64,000 nt of DNA from Verrucomicrobiales bacterium (GTDB taxonomy: Bacteria; Verrucomicrobiota; Verrucomicrobiia; Verrucomicrobiales; V1-33), in the NCBI GenBank assembly GCA_018003315.1, contig JAGNEJ010000010.1, positions 11,044 through 75,043 of the forward strand. Direction: 5' to 3'. The notes under the pieces were generated by a model. It was not told where the DNA came from and did no database searches. It saw only the letters and a program-made list of their open reading frames with translations. Within the stretch, counting starts at the first letter, position 1; each line of letters opens with the position of its first letter. The translations under genes were made by a program, and so were the position numbers. This document shows positions 17,383 to 27,283 of this stretch, one piece after another.

Positions 17383-20300
17383 ATGATGCACACCGTGTCC
17401 TCCCGCGTTGTCTCTGCACTGCTGCTTTCCGCCGGAATTGCCCTGGGCGGTGTGCAGTTCAATCGCGACATCCGCCCGCTGCTTTCCGACAACTGTTTTG
17501 CCTGCCACGGGCCGGATCCAGGCTCGCGCAAGGCCGGACTGCGCCTCGACACCCGTGAGGGTTTTTTTGAAAAGACGGAGAAACGGGGAGCGACCGTGCT
17601 CCCTGGAAATCCAGCGGAGAGTCCACTGTTCCAGCGCCTGACAAATCCGGACCCCGAGGAAGTCATGCCGCCGCCGGAAGCCCACAAGGAATTGAAGCCG
17701 GAACAGACGGCCCTGATCCGGCAATGGATTGCGGAAGGAGCCCCCTGGCAGCCGCATTGGGCTTTCATCAAGCCGGAACGCCCCGCCGTGCCACAGGTGA
17801 AGCAGGGCGGGTGGGTCCGCAATCCGGTCGACGCCTTCATCCTTCGCGATCTGGAGGCCAAGGGACTCGCTCCCGCACCGGAGGCAGACCGACGCACCCT
17901 CGCCCGGCGTCTGGTGCTCGACCTGACTGGACTGCCGCCTGAGCCCGCAGAGGTGGACGCATTGGTCAGCGATGCGGCACCGGATGCCTATGAAAAGTTC
18001 GTGGCTGCACAGATGGCGAAACCGCAATGGGGCGAGCACCGGGGCAGGTACTGGCTAGATGCCGCACGGTATGCGGACACCCACGGCCTGCATTTCGACA
18101 ACTATCGGGAAATCTGGCCCTATCGCGACTGGGTCATCAACGCTTTCAACCGCAATCAGCCGTTTGACCAGTTCACCCGGGAACAACTGGCCGGTGACCT
18201 GCTGCCGAATCCGACTCTGGATCAACTGGTGGCCACCGGCTTTCACCGCTGCAACATCACCACCAATGAAGGCGGCACCATTCCGGAGGAAAACCTCGTT
18301 GGCTATGCCCGCGAACGCACGGAAACCACCTCCTGGGTGTGGCTGGGGCTGACGGCCAACTGCGCCGTGTGCCACGACCACAAGTTCGACCCCGTGACGG
18401 CGAAGGACTTTTACGCCATGAGCGCATTTTTCCGCAACACCACGCAGGCCGCCCTGGACGGCAATGTGAAGGACACCGCACCGGTCTTGCAGGTGCCCGC
18501 CATGGGGGAGGATCGCCTCCGCTGGGCGCAAATTGACCGCGAACTAACCGACGCGAAGACCGCGTTTGAGACAGTGAAAAAGACCGCAGCAAAAGACTTT
18601 GATGCCTGGACCGCAGCGGCCAAGCCGGAGAATCTGGAAGAACATCTGAGCCAGCAGGATCTGGTGACCCGCGTGCCTCTGAACGAAGGAGCCGGGGAGG
18701 AAGTGCGCGCCGCCTGCAGCAGCCCGGCAACGTTCAAGGCAACCGGACAGGTCCTCTGGAAGCCGGACGGAAAAATCGGTCCCGCACCGGTGATGAAAAC
18801 CGGCGCCACCTTTGATCTGGGAAATCTCTGCGATTTCGAAAAGACTCAGGCCTTCAGCTATGGCGCGTGGGTGCGTCCGGGCAAAGCCGGCGTTTTCGGC
18901 GGCATCCTCGCCCGCATGGACCAGGGAAATGACTACCGCGGCTGGGACCTTTTTCAGGATGGCCGAAACTACGCCATGCACCTTGTCAGCAAATGGCCCT
19001 CGGACGCCATCAAGGTCACCACCACGAAAAACCCGATCAAGGAAGGCCGGTGGCAACATGTCTTTGTCACCTACGACGGGTCTGAGCGGGCGGAAGGTGT
19101 TAGGATTTTCGTGGATGGAACCGCGATGGAAACGAAGGTTGAGAGCAACAACCTCCGCAACAGCATTCGGACCACCGTTCCACTGCGCATCGGCCAGCGC
19201 AGCAAGGATCAGGTTTTTGAGGACGGTGCGGTGCAGGATGTCCGGGTTTACTCAAGGCTGCTGCAGCCCGCAGAAATCAAAACCCTGGCCGGGCTGTCCA
19301 CCGCACAGTCAATTCTGGCGGCGGCGCGGGAACAACGCACGCCGCAGCAACGCGAGGCGCTGTTCCATTTTTTCCTGACGGCGGTGCATGAACCCTCCCG
19401 TCAGTCCAGCACCCGCATTGCTGCGCTGGAGAAGGAACAAAGCACCCTGCGCAGCCGCAGCCCGATTGCCTACGTGCAGAAGGAAAATCCGGATGGCATT
19501 CCATCGGCGGCGGTCCTTTTCCGAGGCCAGTACGATCAGCCGCGCGAAAAAGTCACCGCCGGGACTTTTGCGGCCCTGCACCCATTTCCCCAGGACGCAC
19601 CCCACAACCGGCTGGGCTTGGCCGAGTGGATCCTTTCCCCTGACAATCCGCTGACGGCGCGAGTGACGGTCAACCGTTTCTGGCAGGAAGTGTTCGGCGT
19701 CGGGATCGTCCGAACCTCGGAAGACTTCGGCATCATGGGCGAACCGCCCTCAAACCAGGACTTGCTGGACTGGCTGGCGGAGGAATTCCGGGAATCCAAG
19801 TGGGACGTGAAACGGCTGTTCACCCTGTTAGTGACCAGCAGCACCTACCGCCAGAGCGCCTGCACCACGCCGGACAAGCTGGAAAAGGATCCGGCCAACC
19901 GCCTGTTGAGCCGCGGTCCCCGCTTCCGCATGGACGCCGAAATGGTGCGTGACTATGCCCTCAAGGCCTCCGGCCTGCTGATTCCGAAAATCGGCGGCCC
20001 CAGCGTGAAACCCTATCAACCCGACGGGGTGTGGGAAGCCGTGGCGATGCCGGAAAGCAACACTCGGCGCTACCAGCGGGATACGGGTGAAAACCTTTAC
20101 CGACGCAGCCTCTACACCTTCTGGAAGCGCGCCGCTCCGCCAGCCAGCATGGACATCTTCAATGCCACTGCCCGCGAAACAAGCTGTCTGCGGCGGGAAC
20201 GGACGAACACCCCGCTCCAGGCGCTGGTAACCATGAACGATGTGCAATTTGTGGAAGCCGCCCGCGTCCTGGCCCAGAAGGCTCTGCTCGCTGCCCCCTC

Positions 20301-20553
20301 TGACATGGACGCGGGTCTGCAGTTTGTCGCCGCCAGGATCCTCTGCCGCCCGTTTCTCCCAGAAGAATTGAACGTTGTCAGGGAAACGCTCGATCAGCAT
20401 CTCGCCGCCTACCGGGCCGCGCCGGAGGAAGCGGGCAAGCTGATCGCTTACGGCGAATCGAAACCGGATGCCGCACTGGATCCCACGGTGCTGGCCGCGT
20501 GGACCATGGCGGTCAACCAGGTGATGAACCTGGACGAAACGCTCAACAAGTAA
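17383..20553 (+). CDS. PSCyt1/DUF1549/LamG/DUF1553 (PSD1) multidomain protein
   Basis: Signal peptide, then the planctomycete cytochrome-c motif FNRDIRPLLSDNCFACHGPD. DUF1549-like region contains WAFIKPERP...NPVDAFI. The central LamG-like region contains GRWQHVFVTYDG. A long DUF1553-like C-terminus follows. Confidence 0.8.
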   Translation: MMHTVSSRVVSALLLSAGIALGGVQFNRDIRPLLSDNCFACHGPDPGSRKAGLRLDTREGFFEKTEKRGATVLPGNPAESPLFQRLTNPDPEEVMPPPEAHKELKPEQTALIRQWIAEGAPWQPHWAFIKPERPAVPQVKQGGWVRNPVDAFILRDLEAKGLAPAPEADRRTLARRLVLDLTGLPPEPAEVDALVSDAAPDAYEKFVAAQMAKPQWGEHRGRYWLDAARYADTHGLHFDNYREIWPYRDWVINAFNRNQPFDQFTREQLAGDLLPNPTLDQLVATGFHRCNITTNEGGTIPEENLVGYARERTETTSWVWLGLTANCAVCHDHKFDPVTAKDFYAMSAFFRNTTQAALDGNVKDTAPVLQVPAMGEDRLRWAQIDRELTDAKTAFETVKKTAAKDFDAWTAAAKPENLEEHLSQQDLVTRVPLNEGAGEEVRAACSSPATFKATGQVLWKPDGKIGPAPVMKTGATFDLGNLCDFEKTQAFSYGAWVRPGKAGVFGGILARMDQGNDYRGWDLFQDGRNYAMHLVSKWPSDAIKVTTTKNPIKEGRWQHVFVTYDGSERAEGVRIFVDGTAMETKVESNNLRNSIRTTVPLRIGQRSKDQVFEDGAVQDVRVYSRLLQPAEIKTLAGLSTAQSILAAAREQRTPQQREALFHFFLTAVHEPSRQSSTRIAALEKEQSTLRSRSPIAYVQKENPDGIPSAAVLFRGQYDQPREKVTAGTFAALHPFPQDAPHNRLGLAEWILSPDNPLTARVTVNRFWQEVFGVGIVRTSEDFGIMGEPPSNQDLLDWLAEEFRESKWDVKRLFTLLVTSSTYRQSACTTPDKLEKDPANRLLSRGPRFRMDAEMVRDYALKASGLLIPKIGGPSVKPYQPDGVWEAVAMPESNTRRYQRDTGENLYRRSLYTFWKRAAPPASMDIFNATARETSCLRRERTNTPLQALVTMNDVQFVEAARVLAQKALLAAPSDMDAGLQFVAARILCRPFLPEELNVVRETLDQHLAAYRAAPEEAGKLIAYGESKPDAALDPTVLAAWTMAVNQVMNLDETLNK

Positions 20554-20555
20554 CG

Positions 20556-21482
20556 GTGCGCATTCTGGCCATCCGCGGAGGTGCCCTGGGGGATTTTCTG
20601 GTTGCCCTTCCGGCGCTTGCTGCGCTGCGCCGCCACTGGTCGCCCGTCCGACTGGAACTGCTCACCCGTCCGGCATACGGCGCTCTGGCCTGCCATTTCG
20701 GCGCCGCCGACGCGTTTCGTTCGCTGGATTCCGCCGGTGCCGCCTGGCTCTTCTCCGGCGAAGGCACGCCCAACGCCGACTGGCAGGATTGGCTGCATGG
20801 CTTTGACCAGGTGGTCGCGTGGATGACCGATGCTGACGGCTGCCTCCAGCGCAATCTGGCACGCTGCTGCCCCGGAACCGTGCGGTTGCTGCCGCCGCTG
20901 CCATCTTCCACAGTCCTTCCAGCAGCACGGCAGCTGGCATTGGGATTGGGTCTGTCAGTGTCCCCGTTCATCCGGACTCCCGTACGGAAACAGCACAATT
21001 CCCGTCTGGTCGCGGTGCATCCGGGCAGCGGCAGTTTCCAAAAGAACTGGCCGGTGGAAAAATGGGCGCAATTGGTGATCCAATTGGCCGGTCGCATCGA
21101 CGGCCTGCGCTTTCTCCTCATCACCGGGGAGGCGGATGAGCATGCCGCTCAAGTGCTCCCGCAAGCATTGCGCAGCAGCGCCGTGCCCTTCATGCACCAC
21201 CATCACGCTCCCCTCGCGCAGTTGGCGGACCTGCTGGCCGCCACGGGTTTATTCCTCGGGCACGACAGCGGGATTTCCCATCTGGCCGCGGCCTGCGGCA
21301 TCCCGTGCCGGCTGCTTTTTGGCTCATCCAATTCCGCGGTGTGGGCGCCTCTTGGGCGCGATGTGCGCATCCTTCAGGCTCCGCAGGGGAATTTGAATCT
21401 GGTGAGCACGGAAGCAGTGCTGGACTTTGCCGCCGAATGCCTGATAAACACCGCACGCCATGAATCCGAACATTGCTCCTGA
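20556..21482 (+). CDS. Glycosyltransferase family 9 (heptosyltransferase-like)
   Basis: Motifs [42 protein letters not shown] and [20 protein letters not shown] at 20556 just after the upstream stop is preferred over the overlapping 20499 start. Confidence 0.7.
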   Translation: MRILAIRGGALGDFLVALPALAALRRHWSPVRLELLTRPAYGALACHFGAADAFRSLDSAGAAWLFSGEGTPNADWQDWLHGFDQVVAWMTDADGCLQRNLARCCPGTVRLLPPLPSSTVLPAARQLALGLGLSVSPFIRTPVRKQHNSRLVAVHPGSGSFQKNWPVEKWAQLVIQLAGRIDGLRFLLITGEADEHAAQVLPQALRSSAVPFMHHHHAPLAQLADLLAATGLFLGHDSGISHLAAACGIPCRLLFGSSNSAVWAPLGRDVRILQAPQGNLNLVSTEAVLDFAAECLINTARHESEHCS

Positions 21483-22194
21483 CAAAATCACCTGCGGCCA
21501 GCGTGCCGCGGAAGTCGGCGCAGCCCTCATCCGCGAAGCATTGGAAACCCGCGGAAGCGCCGCCATCATCGTCGCCACCGGAGCCTCGCAGTTTGAAATG
21601 CTGGACCACCTCTGCCGCCTCCCTGACATCGCTTGGCACCGCATCACCTGTTTTCATCTGGACGAATACGCGGGGCTTCCGATCTCGCATCCAGCCTCGT
21701 TCCGCCTGTATCTCTGGCAGCGCTTTGTCAGCCAACTCCCGCTGCCGCCGAAGGTCTTTCATTTTCTCGACGGCGAGGGGGATCTGGATGCGGAATGCCG
21801 CCGCGTGGGCGGGATGCTGCAGCAGCAACCCGTTGACGTCGCTTTCATCGGCATCGGGGAGAACGGCCACATTGCCTTCAATGATCCCCCGGCGGATTTC
21901 ACCACGGAAAATCCCTATCTGGTGGTGACGCTGGACGAGGCTTGCCGCCGCCAGCAGTTGGGCGAAGGCTGGTTCCCCACCCTGGAGGCGGTGCCGCGCC
22001 AGGCTATTTCCATGTCCCCGCGGCAAATCCTCAAAAGCAAACAGATCATCTGCACGGTGCCTGAAGAACGCAAGGCAGAGGCCGTGCGCCGCACCCTGCG
22101 CGGGCCGGTCATCCCGGAAGTGCCGGCATCCATTCTCCAGACGCATTCCGCAGTGCAGCTGTTTCTCGACGCGGGCAGCGCCGCACTGCTGTGA
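21460..22194 (+). CDS. nagB: Glucosamine-6-phosphate deaminase / 6-phosphogluconolactonase family
   Basis: Motifs [20 protein letters not shown] and [20 protein letters not shown]. Confidence 0.75.
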   Translation: MNPNIAPDKITCGQRAAEVGAALIREALETRGSAAIIVATGASQFEMLDHLCRLPDIAWHRITCFHLDEYAGLPISHPASFRLYLWQRFVSQLPLPPKVFHFLDGEGDLDAECRRVGGMLQQQPVDVAFIGIGENGHIAFNDPPADFTTENPYLVVTLDEACRRQQLGEGWFPTLEAVPRQAISMSPRQILKSKQIICTVPEERKAEAVRRTLRGPVIPEVPASILQTHSAVQLFLDAGSAALL

Positions 22195-22204
22195 TCCATT
22201 CCGC

Positions 22205-23134
22205 ATGACGCCCGCCATCCTCACTGCGGTTTTGTTTGCATTTTCCGCGGTGTTTTCCAGGCGCGCCGCGCGGATTTTCGGAAGTCTGGAGGCAAATTTC
22301 TTTCGTCTCACCGGCGCCTGCATCCTGCTGGGAATCATCACCTGGGCGGCGTTTCCTGGGACGGTCCACCGGGAGCTTTTCTGGTGGTTTTTCCTCAGCG
22401 GAATCATCGGTTTTGGCCTTGGCGATGTCGGCCTGTTTTTGGCCTATCCCAGACTCGGCTCGCGGCTGACCCTGCTGTTAACGTTCTGCATCGGTCCGCT
22501 GGCAGGAGCGCTGGGCGACTGGTGGTGGCTGGCCAGAGCCATGCGCGCCGCGGAAGGCGCGGCCGTGGTGGTCATTCTGGCAGGACTGGCCGTGACCATT
22601 CTGGCTAGGAAATCCGAAAAACGCCACGGCTCGCTGGCGGCCGGCATCAGCTTCGGAATGCTCAGTGCTCTGGGAATGGGCTTTGGCACGGCGCTGAGCA
22701 ACGTTGCGATTGCAAAAGCCCGGACGCTTTCGCTGGAGATTCCAGGCATCAGCCAGGCCTGGCAACGCAGCACTGCCGGCCTGCTCGTGGCGGGACTGGT
22801 GCTGGGCCAGGTGATCCTGACCGAAAAATTCGTGAAACGTTATGCCGGTGCCAGGGAGACAAAGCCGCGCCCCTCCCGCATGAGCGGCTGCATGAAAACA
22901 TTCTGGCTGACCGGCACCATGCTGTTCGGTCCGGTGCTGGGGGTGAGCTGCTACCAGTGGGCCATTGCCGAGACCGGGAGCAGCGCCATCGTCCTGGCGG
23001 TGGCTGCCACCAGTACCCTCATCGTCATTCCCCTGGCGCGGGTGGTGGAAGGAGACAGGCCCAGCGTCCGCCAGTTGGGCGGCACCCTCATTGCCACAGC
23101 GGGAGTGGTCTGGCTGGCGCTGCTGCGGCGGTAG
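22205..23134 (+). CDS. EamA/DMT-family membrane transporter
   Basis: About 10 predicted hydrophobic helices. Size and duplicated-halves organisation are typical of DMT permeases. Confidence 0.5.
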   Translation: MTPAILTAVLFAFSAVFSRRAARIFGSLEANFFRLTGACILLGIITWAAFPGTVHRELFWWFFLSGIIGFGLGDVGLFLAYPRLGSRLTLLLTFCIGPLAGALGDWWWLARAMRAAEGAAVVVILAGLAVTILARKSEKRHGSLAAGISFGMLSALGMGFGTALSNVAIAKARTLSLEIPGISQAWQRSTAGLLVAGLVLGQVILTEKFVKRYAGARETKPRPSRMSGCMKTFWLTGTMLFGPVLGVSCYQWAIAETGSSAIVLAVAATSTLIVIPLARVVEGDRPSVRQLGGTLIATAGVVWLALLRR

Positions 23135-23199
23135 CACTTGATTTCCCAACCTGCCGCTTGCAATCCGCTCCGCTCTTTGCCACCCTCCGCCAGATTCTC

Positions 23200-23772
23200 A
23201 TGCCGGAAACAACCCAAAGCGGCTTTACTGAGCTTTTGAACGCCCAGCAGTTGGATGCCACCCTGCACCGGCTCGCGTTTCAGATTTTGGAGCGGCATCC
23301 TCGGCGCAAACTGGCCTTTGCCGGCATTCGGAAGCGCGGTGCGCCCCTTGCGAAGCGGATTGCCAGGATCCTGGAAAGCTACCGCAAAGACATTGCGATG
23401 GGCGAGGTGGACATCACCTTTCACCGGGACGACCTGCACAATCTGGAAGCGATGATGAACATGGATCGCACCCGCATGGAGATTCCGGACCTTGACGAGC
23501 GCTGTGTGGTGCTCTTCGACGACGTGCTTTTCACCGGACGGACCATCCGTGCGGCCATTGACGAAGTGCTTGATTTCGGCCGTCCGGAAAAAATTGAACT
23601 GGCGGTGCTGGTTGATCGCGGACACCGCGAACTGCCCATTCAAGCGGACTATATCGGCCTTTCGCACACCACCGCGCCGGGAGAATACGTGCGGGTGTTG
23701 CTCCGGGAAATGGATGGCCAGGATGCGGTGCTGCTGGCCGGTTCCACGGATTCCAAACGCATTGAAGCATGA
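23200..23772 (+). CDS. pyrR: Bifunctional pyrimidine operon regulator / uracil phosphoribosyltransferase PyrR
   Basis: Motifs LAFAGIRKRGAPLAKRIA and the PRPP loop VVLFDDVLFTGRTIRAA, plus LVDRGHRELPIQADY. Immediately upstream of pyrB. Confidence 0.85.
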   Translation: MPETTQSGFTELLNAQQLDATLHRLAFQILERHPRRKLAFAGIRKRGAPLAKRIARILESYRKDIAMGEVDITFHRDDLHNLEAMMNMDRTRMEIPDLDERCVVLFDDVLFTGRTIRAAIDEVLDFGRPEKIELAVLVDRGHRELPIQADYIGLSHTTAPGEYVRVLLREMDGQDAVLLAGSTDSKRIEA

Positions 23773-24731
23773 GTGAAATCGGACGCAAAGACCTCATCGA
23801 CATCGAAAGCCTCCGCCATGAGGAGATTCATTTCATCCTGGAAAAGGCCCCGCTCTTCCGGGATGTGGTGCGCCGGAGGACGAAGAAAGTTCCCGTGCTC
23901 AAAGGAAAGCATGTGCTGACGCTGTTCTATGAACCGAGCACGCGGACCCGCAGCAGCTTTGAAATTGCCGCCAAGCGGCTCAGTGCGGATGTGACCAACT
24001 TCACCGTGTCCACTTCCTCCGTGGTCAAGGGGGAAACGGTGGTGGACACCATCAGCACGCTGCAAAGTCTGCAGGTCGATTACATCATTGTCCGCCACGG
24101 AGCCGCCGGCATTCCCAACCTCATCGCCAAACACACTCCGGCCGCGGTCATCAACGCAGGGGATGGCCACCACGCCCACCCTACCCAGGCACTGCTGGAC
24201 GCCTTCACCATCCGGGACCGCTGCGGTGAGATTGCCGGAAAGAAAATTGTCATTGTCGGCGACATCCTGCACTCCCGGGTGGCCCGCAGCACCAGCATGA
24301 TCCTGCGCAAGCTGGGGGCCACGGTAGGGGTGCTGGGACCGGGGCCGCTGATTCCGGATGACCGGCACGATGACATTCTTGGCTTTCGCAACTTCGCGGA
24401 AGTATTCCAGTGGGGGCCGGATGTGATTTATCTCCTGCGCATCCAGCTCGAACGGCAGAAGGATCAATTTTTCCCCAGCTTGCACGAATACCACCTGCTC
24501 TACGGCGTCACCGACGAACGGCTCGCCCACGTCCGCAAAAACAACATTTGGATCATGCACCCAGGGCCAGTGAACCGCGGCGTGGAACTGGTCGATGATG
24601 TCATGCATTACGACCGCTGCTTGATCAACGAGCAGGTGGAAAACGGCATCGCCGTCCGCATGTCCGTGCTTTACTGGCTGCAGCTCGGCGCACTCAAGCG
24701 CGAAGATGATGCCCTTCCGGCCACGTCCTAG
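23769..24731 (+). CDS. pyrB: Aspartate carbamoyltransferase catalytic subunit
   Basis: Motifs LFYEPSTRTRSSFE, HAHPTQALLD and MHPGPVNRG. The start overlaps the pyrR stop. Confidence 0.9.
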   Translation: MSEIGRKDLIDIESLRHEEIHFILEKAPLFRDVVRRRTKKVPVLKGKHVLTLFYEPSTRTRSSFEIAAKRLSADVTNFTVSTSSVVKGETVVDTISTLQSLQVDYIIVRHGAAGIPNLIAKHTPAAVINAGDGHHAHPTQALLDAFTIRDRCGEIAGKKIVIVGDILHSRVARSTSMILRKLGATVGVLGPGPLIPDDRHDDILGFRNFAEVFQWGPDVIYLLRIQLERQKDQFFPSLHEYHLLYGVTDERLAHVRKNNIWIMHPGPVNRGVELVDDVMHYDRCLINEQVENGIAVRMSVLYWLQLGALKREDDALPATS

Positions 24732-24772
24732 CACGTCGGCGACCGTCCGTTAGGATTCAGCCCTTTCTCCTG

Positions 24773-25609
24773 GTGATCTGGAAAACCCGCAGGCGCACCC
24801 TCGACCTGTCGCACCGCGCCCTGGTCATGGGCATTGTGAATGTCACACCGGATTCCTTCTCGGATGGAGGGCAGTTTGTCTCCGCATCCGAGGCGGTGGC
24901 ACACGGCATGAAGCTGGCGGCCGACGGTGCTGACATTTTGGATATCGGAGGGGAATCGACCCGTCCGGGGGCGGCTCCCGTTCCGCCGGAGGAAGAACTG
25001 CGGCGCATCCTTCCAGTGATCCGCGAGCTGCGGCGCCAGAGTGCGGTCCTGCTTTCCGTGGACACGATGAAACCGTCCGTGGCGGCGGCGGCCCTTGATG
25101 CCGGAGCGGACATTCTCAACGATGTCACCGGATTCCGCGATGCGGAAATGCGCGAGCTGGCGGCAAGGTCCGGAGCGGGCTGCGTGGTCATGCACATGCA
25201 GGGTGAGCCGCGCACCATGCAGCAGGCCCCGTCCTACGTGAATGTTGTGACGGAAGTGCAGGCGTTCTTTGCGCTGCGTTTGGAACAACTGATCAAATCC
25301 GGTGCCCTGGCGGAACAGGTGGTTTTTGATCCCGGAATCGGCTTCGGCAAAACTCTGACCCACAATCTGGAACTGCTGCGCGGGCTTGATCGACTGACCT
25401 GGGCGGAGCGCCCCCTGCTGCTGGGAACCTCGCGAAAATCATTCATCGGAGCGCTGCTGGGCGAGAAGGAAATGGAATGCCGCGCATGGCCGTCGGTGGC
25501 ATTGACCTCCCTGGCCCGGGAAAAAGGGGTGCGTGCCTTTCGGGTGCATGATGTTCTGGAAAACACCCGTGCCCTGCGGATGACCGAGGCCATTCTGGCG
25601 GCCCAGTGA
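24773..25609 (+). CDS. folP: Dihydropteroate synthase
   Basis: Motifs VMGIVNVTPDSFSDGG, DIGGESTRPGA and DPGIGFGKT. GTG start as in the ORF track; the exact start is uncertain. Confidence 0.85.
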   Translation: MIWKTRRRTLDLSHRALVMGIVNVTPDSFSDGGQFVSASEAVAHGMKLAADGADILDIGGESTRPGAAPVPPEEELRRILPVIRELRRQSAVLLSVDTMKPSVAAAALDAGADILNDVTGFRDAEMRELAARSGAGCVVMHMQGEPRTMQQAPSYVNVVTEVQAFFALRLEQLIKSGALAEQVVFDPGIGFGKTLTHNLELLRGLDRLTWAERPLLLGTSRKSFIGALLGEKEMECRAWPSVALTSLAREKGVRAFRVHDVLENTRALRMTEAILAAQ

Positions 25610-25653
25610 ATCCTTGCCACCGCCACGGGGTGCGCTATGGCAACAGCACCACC

Positions 25654-26712
25654 ATGAGTTCACTCCGGCGCCTGCTTATTGACTCCAGCTATCCGCTGCT
25701 CCGTCCGCTGCTTTTCAGCCTGGATGCCGAAACGGCCCACCACCTCACGCTGGCAGGAATGCGTTTTGCCGCGCGATGCGGATTCCTGGAAGGCGAGCCG
25801 GTGCTGGCCGGACCGGTGGAGGCGTTTGGCATCAAATTTCCCAACCGCATGGGGCTGGCCGCAGGAATGGACAAGACTGGCAACTGCGTGGATGGCTTCG
25901 GGGCATTGGGCTTTGGCGCGGTGGAAATCGGCACCCTGACACCGCGGCCTCAGCCGGGAAATGCCAAGCCGCGGCTGTTTCGCATTCCGGAACGGGAAAG
26001 CATCATCAACCGCATGGGATTCAACAATCCGGGCATCCTCCGCGGCATGGAAAATGCAGCCACCCGCCGCTACCGGGGCATTTTGGGCGTCAACATCGGG
26101 AAAAACTTCGACACCCCTAACGAGCGAGCGGTGGACGATTATGTGACCTGTCTGCGCGGTGCCTGGTCGCAGGCGGACTACGTCGCGGTGAATCTTTCCA
26201 GCCCCAATACCAAAGGTCTGCGCGCCCTGCAGGAGGAGGAAAGCTGCCGGCACCTGCTGCGCGCGCTGCACAACGAACAGGAACCGCTCCGCCAGCAGCA
26301 CCAGAAACACGTTCCGCTTCTCATCAAAATTGCTCCGGACCTCGAACCCTTGCACCTTCAGGCTCTGGCACGCGTTTTTCGTGAAGAACGGCTGGAGGGA
26401 GTCATCGCCACCAACACCACGCTTTCCCGGACGCATGTGGAGGGGCTGAAACACGGCAGAGAATCCGGCGGCCTGAGCGGTGCTCCCCTAACCGTTCGAT
26501 CCACGGAACTGATCCGATCCTTGGCGGGGGCCTTGCAAGGAGAAGTGCCCATCATCGGCGTTGGCGGGATCATGACCCCCGCCGACGCCGTGGAAAAACT
26601 GGAGGCCGGAGCCACCCTGCTGCAGCTCTACAGCGGACTGATCTTTCATGGTCCTGCGCTGGTTGCGGACTGCATTTCCGCCACGGGAGCCTGGGCGAAG
26701 CGGCCTATTTGA
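25654..26712 (+). CDS. pyrD: Dihydroorotate dehydrogenase (quinone), class 2
   Basis: Motifs LDAETAHHLTL, NRMGFNNPG, NLSSPNTKGLR and IIGVGGI. Confidence 0.85.
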   Translation: MSSLRRLLIDSSYPLLRPLLFSLDAETAHHLTLAGMRFAARCGFLEGEPVLAGPVEAFGIKFPNRMGLAAGMDKTGNCVDGFGALGFGAVEIGTLTPRPQPGNAKPRLFRIPERESIINRMGFNNPGILRGMENAATRRYRGILGVNIGKNFDTPNERAVDDYVTCLRGAWSQADYVAVNLSSPNTKGLRALQEEESCRHLLRALHNEQEPLRQQHQKHVPLLIKIAPDLEPLHLQALARVFREERLEGVIATNTTLSRTHVEGLKHGRESGGLSGAPLTVRSTELIRSLAGALQGEVPIIGVGGIMTPADAVEKLEAGATLLQLYSGLIFHGPALVADCISATGAWAKRPI

Positions 26713-27223
26713 TCAACTGCAGGCACAGCGGGTATTTCCACAGGATGCCTTCGTTGGCCTTGACGCCGCCGATGATGCTGAACACCACATGCGCCAGCCC
26801 CAGCGCGATGAGCAATGGAATGCCGATGAGCACGAATGCGAGAACGAAACAGGCCACTCCGTAAATGGCGGCGCTGATCAGCCAGTTGACCACCATTTTG
26901 CCGTGGGCGTCCAGCACGCGAAATTCGCCCTTCTTGACCTGCCAGATGACAATGGGGGCAACAAATCCCGCCAGCGGCACCAGATAGCCGGCCAACGAGG
27001 AAAGGTGCAGCCACATTGCCCACTGACGGGCCGCCGGAGTGTAGCCTTCCACGGGAAATCCCGCGATGGCAGGAGGCGTGGAGGCATCCGCTGGCATGGG
27101 AGGCGGACCGCCTGCGGGTTGCGTCTGCAGCAGTCTGGCTTTCGCCACTTCAAACTCTCCCTGAGTCAGGGCGCCATCCTTCAGCAATTGATTCAGACGC
27201 GACAGTTCATCGGCGATGTTCAT
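26705..27223 (-). CDS. SHOCT-domain / DUF4870-like membrane protein
   Basis: The N-terminal ELSRLNQLLKDGALTQGEFEVAKARLL is a SHOCT motif. A Pro-rich linker follows, then three or four TM helices. Confidence 0.55.
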   Translation of the reverse strand: MNIADELSRLNQLLKDGALTQGEFEVAKARLLQTQPAGGPPPMPADASTPPAIAGFPVEGYTPAARQWAMWLHLSSLAGYLVPLAGFVAPIVIWQVKKGEFRVLDAHGKMVVNWLISAAIYGVACFVLAFVLIGIPLLIALGLAHVVFSIIGGVKANEGILWKYPLCLQLIK

Positions 27224-27283
27224 GGGTGCGATCTTCGGAGGCTGCAGGGGGAATTCCAGAAGAAAAATCGGAAGAGATTGTCA

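Noticed and set aside
21190-24734. Antisense ORFs 21190..22407 (minus) and 23649..24734 (minus)
   Set aside because: They lie opposite nagB plus the EamA gene, and pyrB, respectively. The sense genes carry diagnostic motifs.
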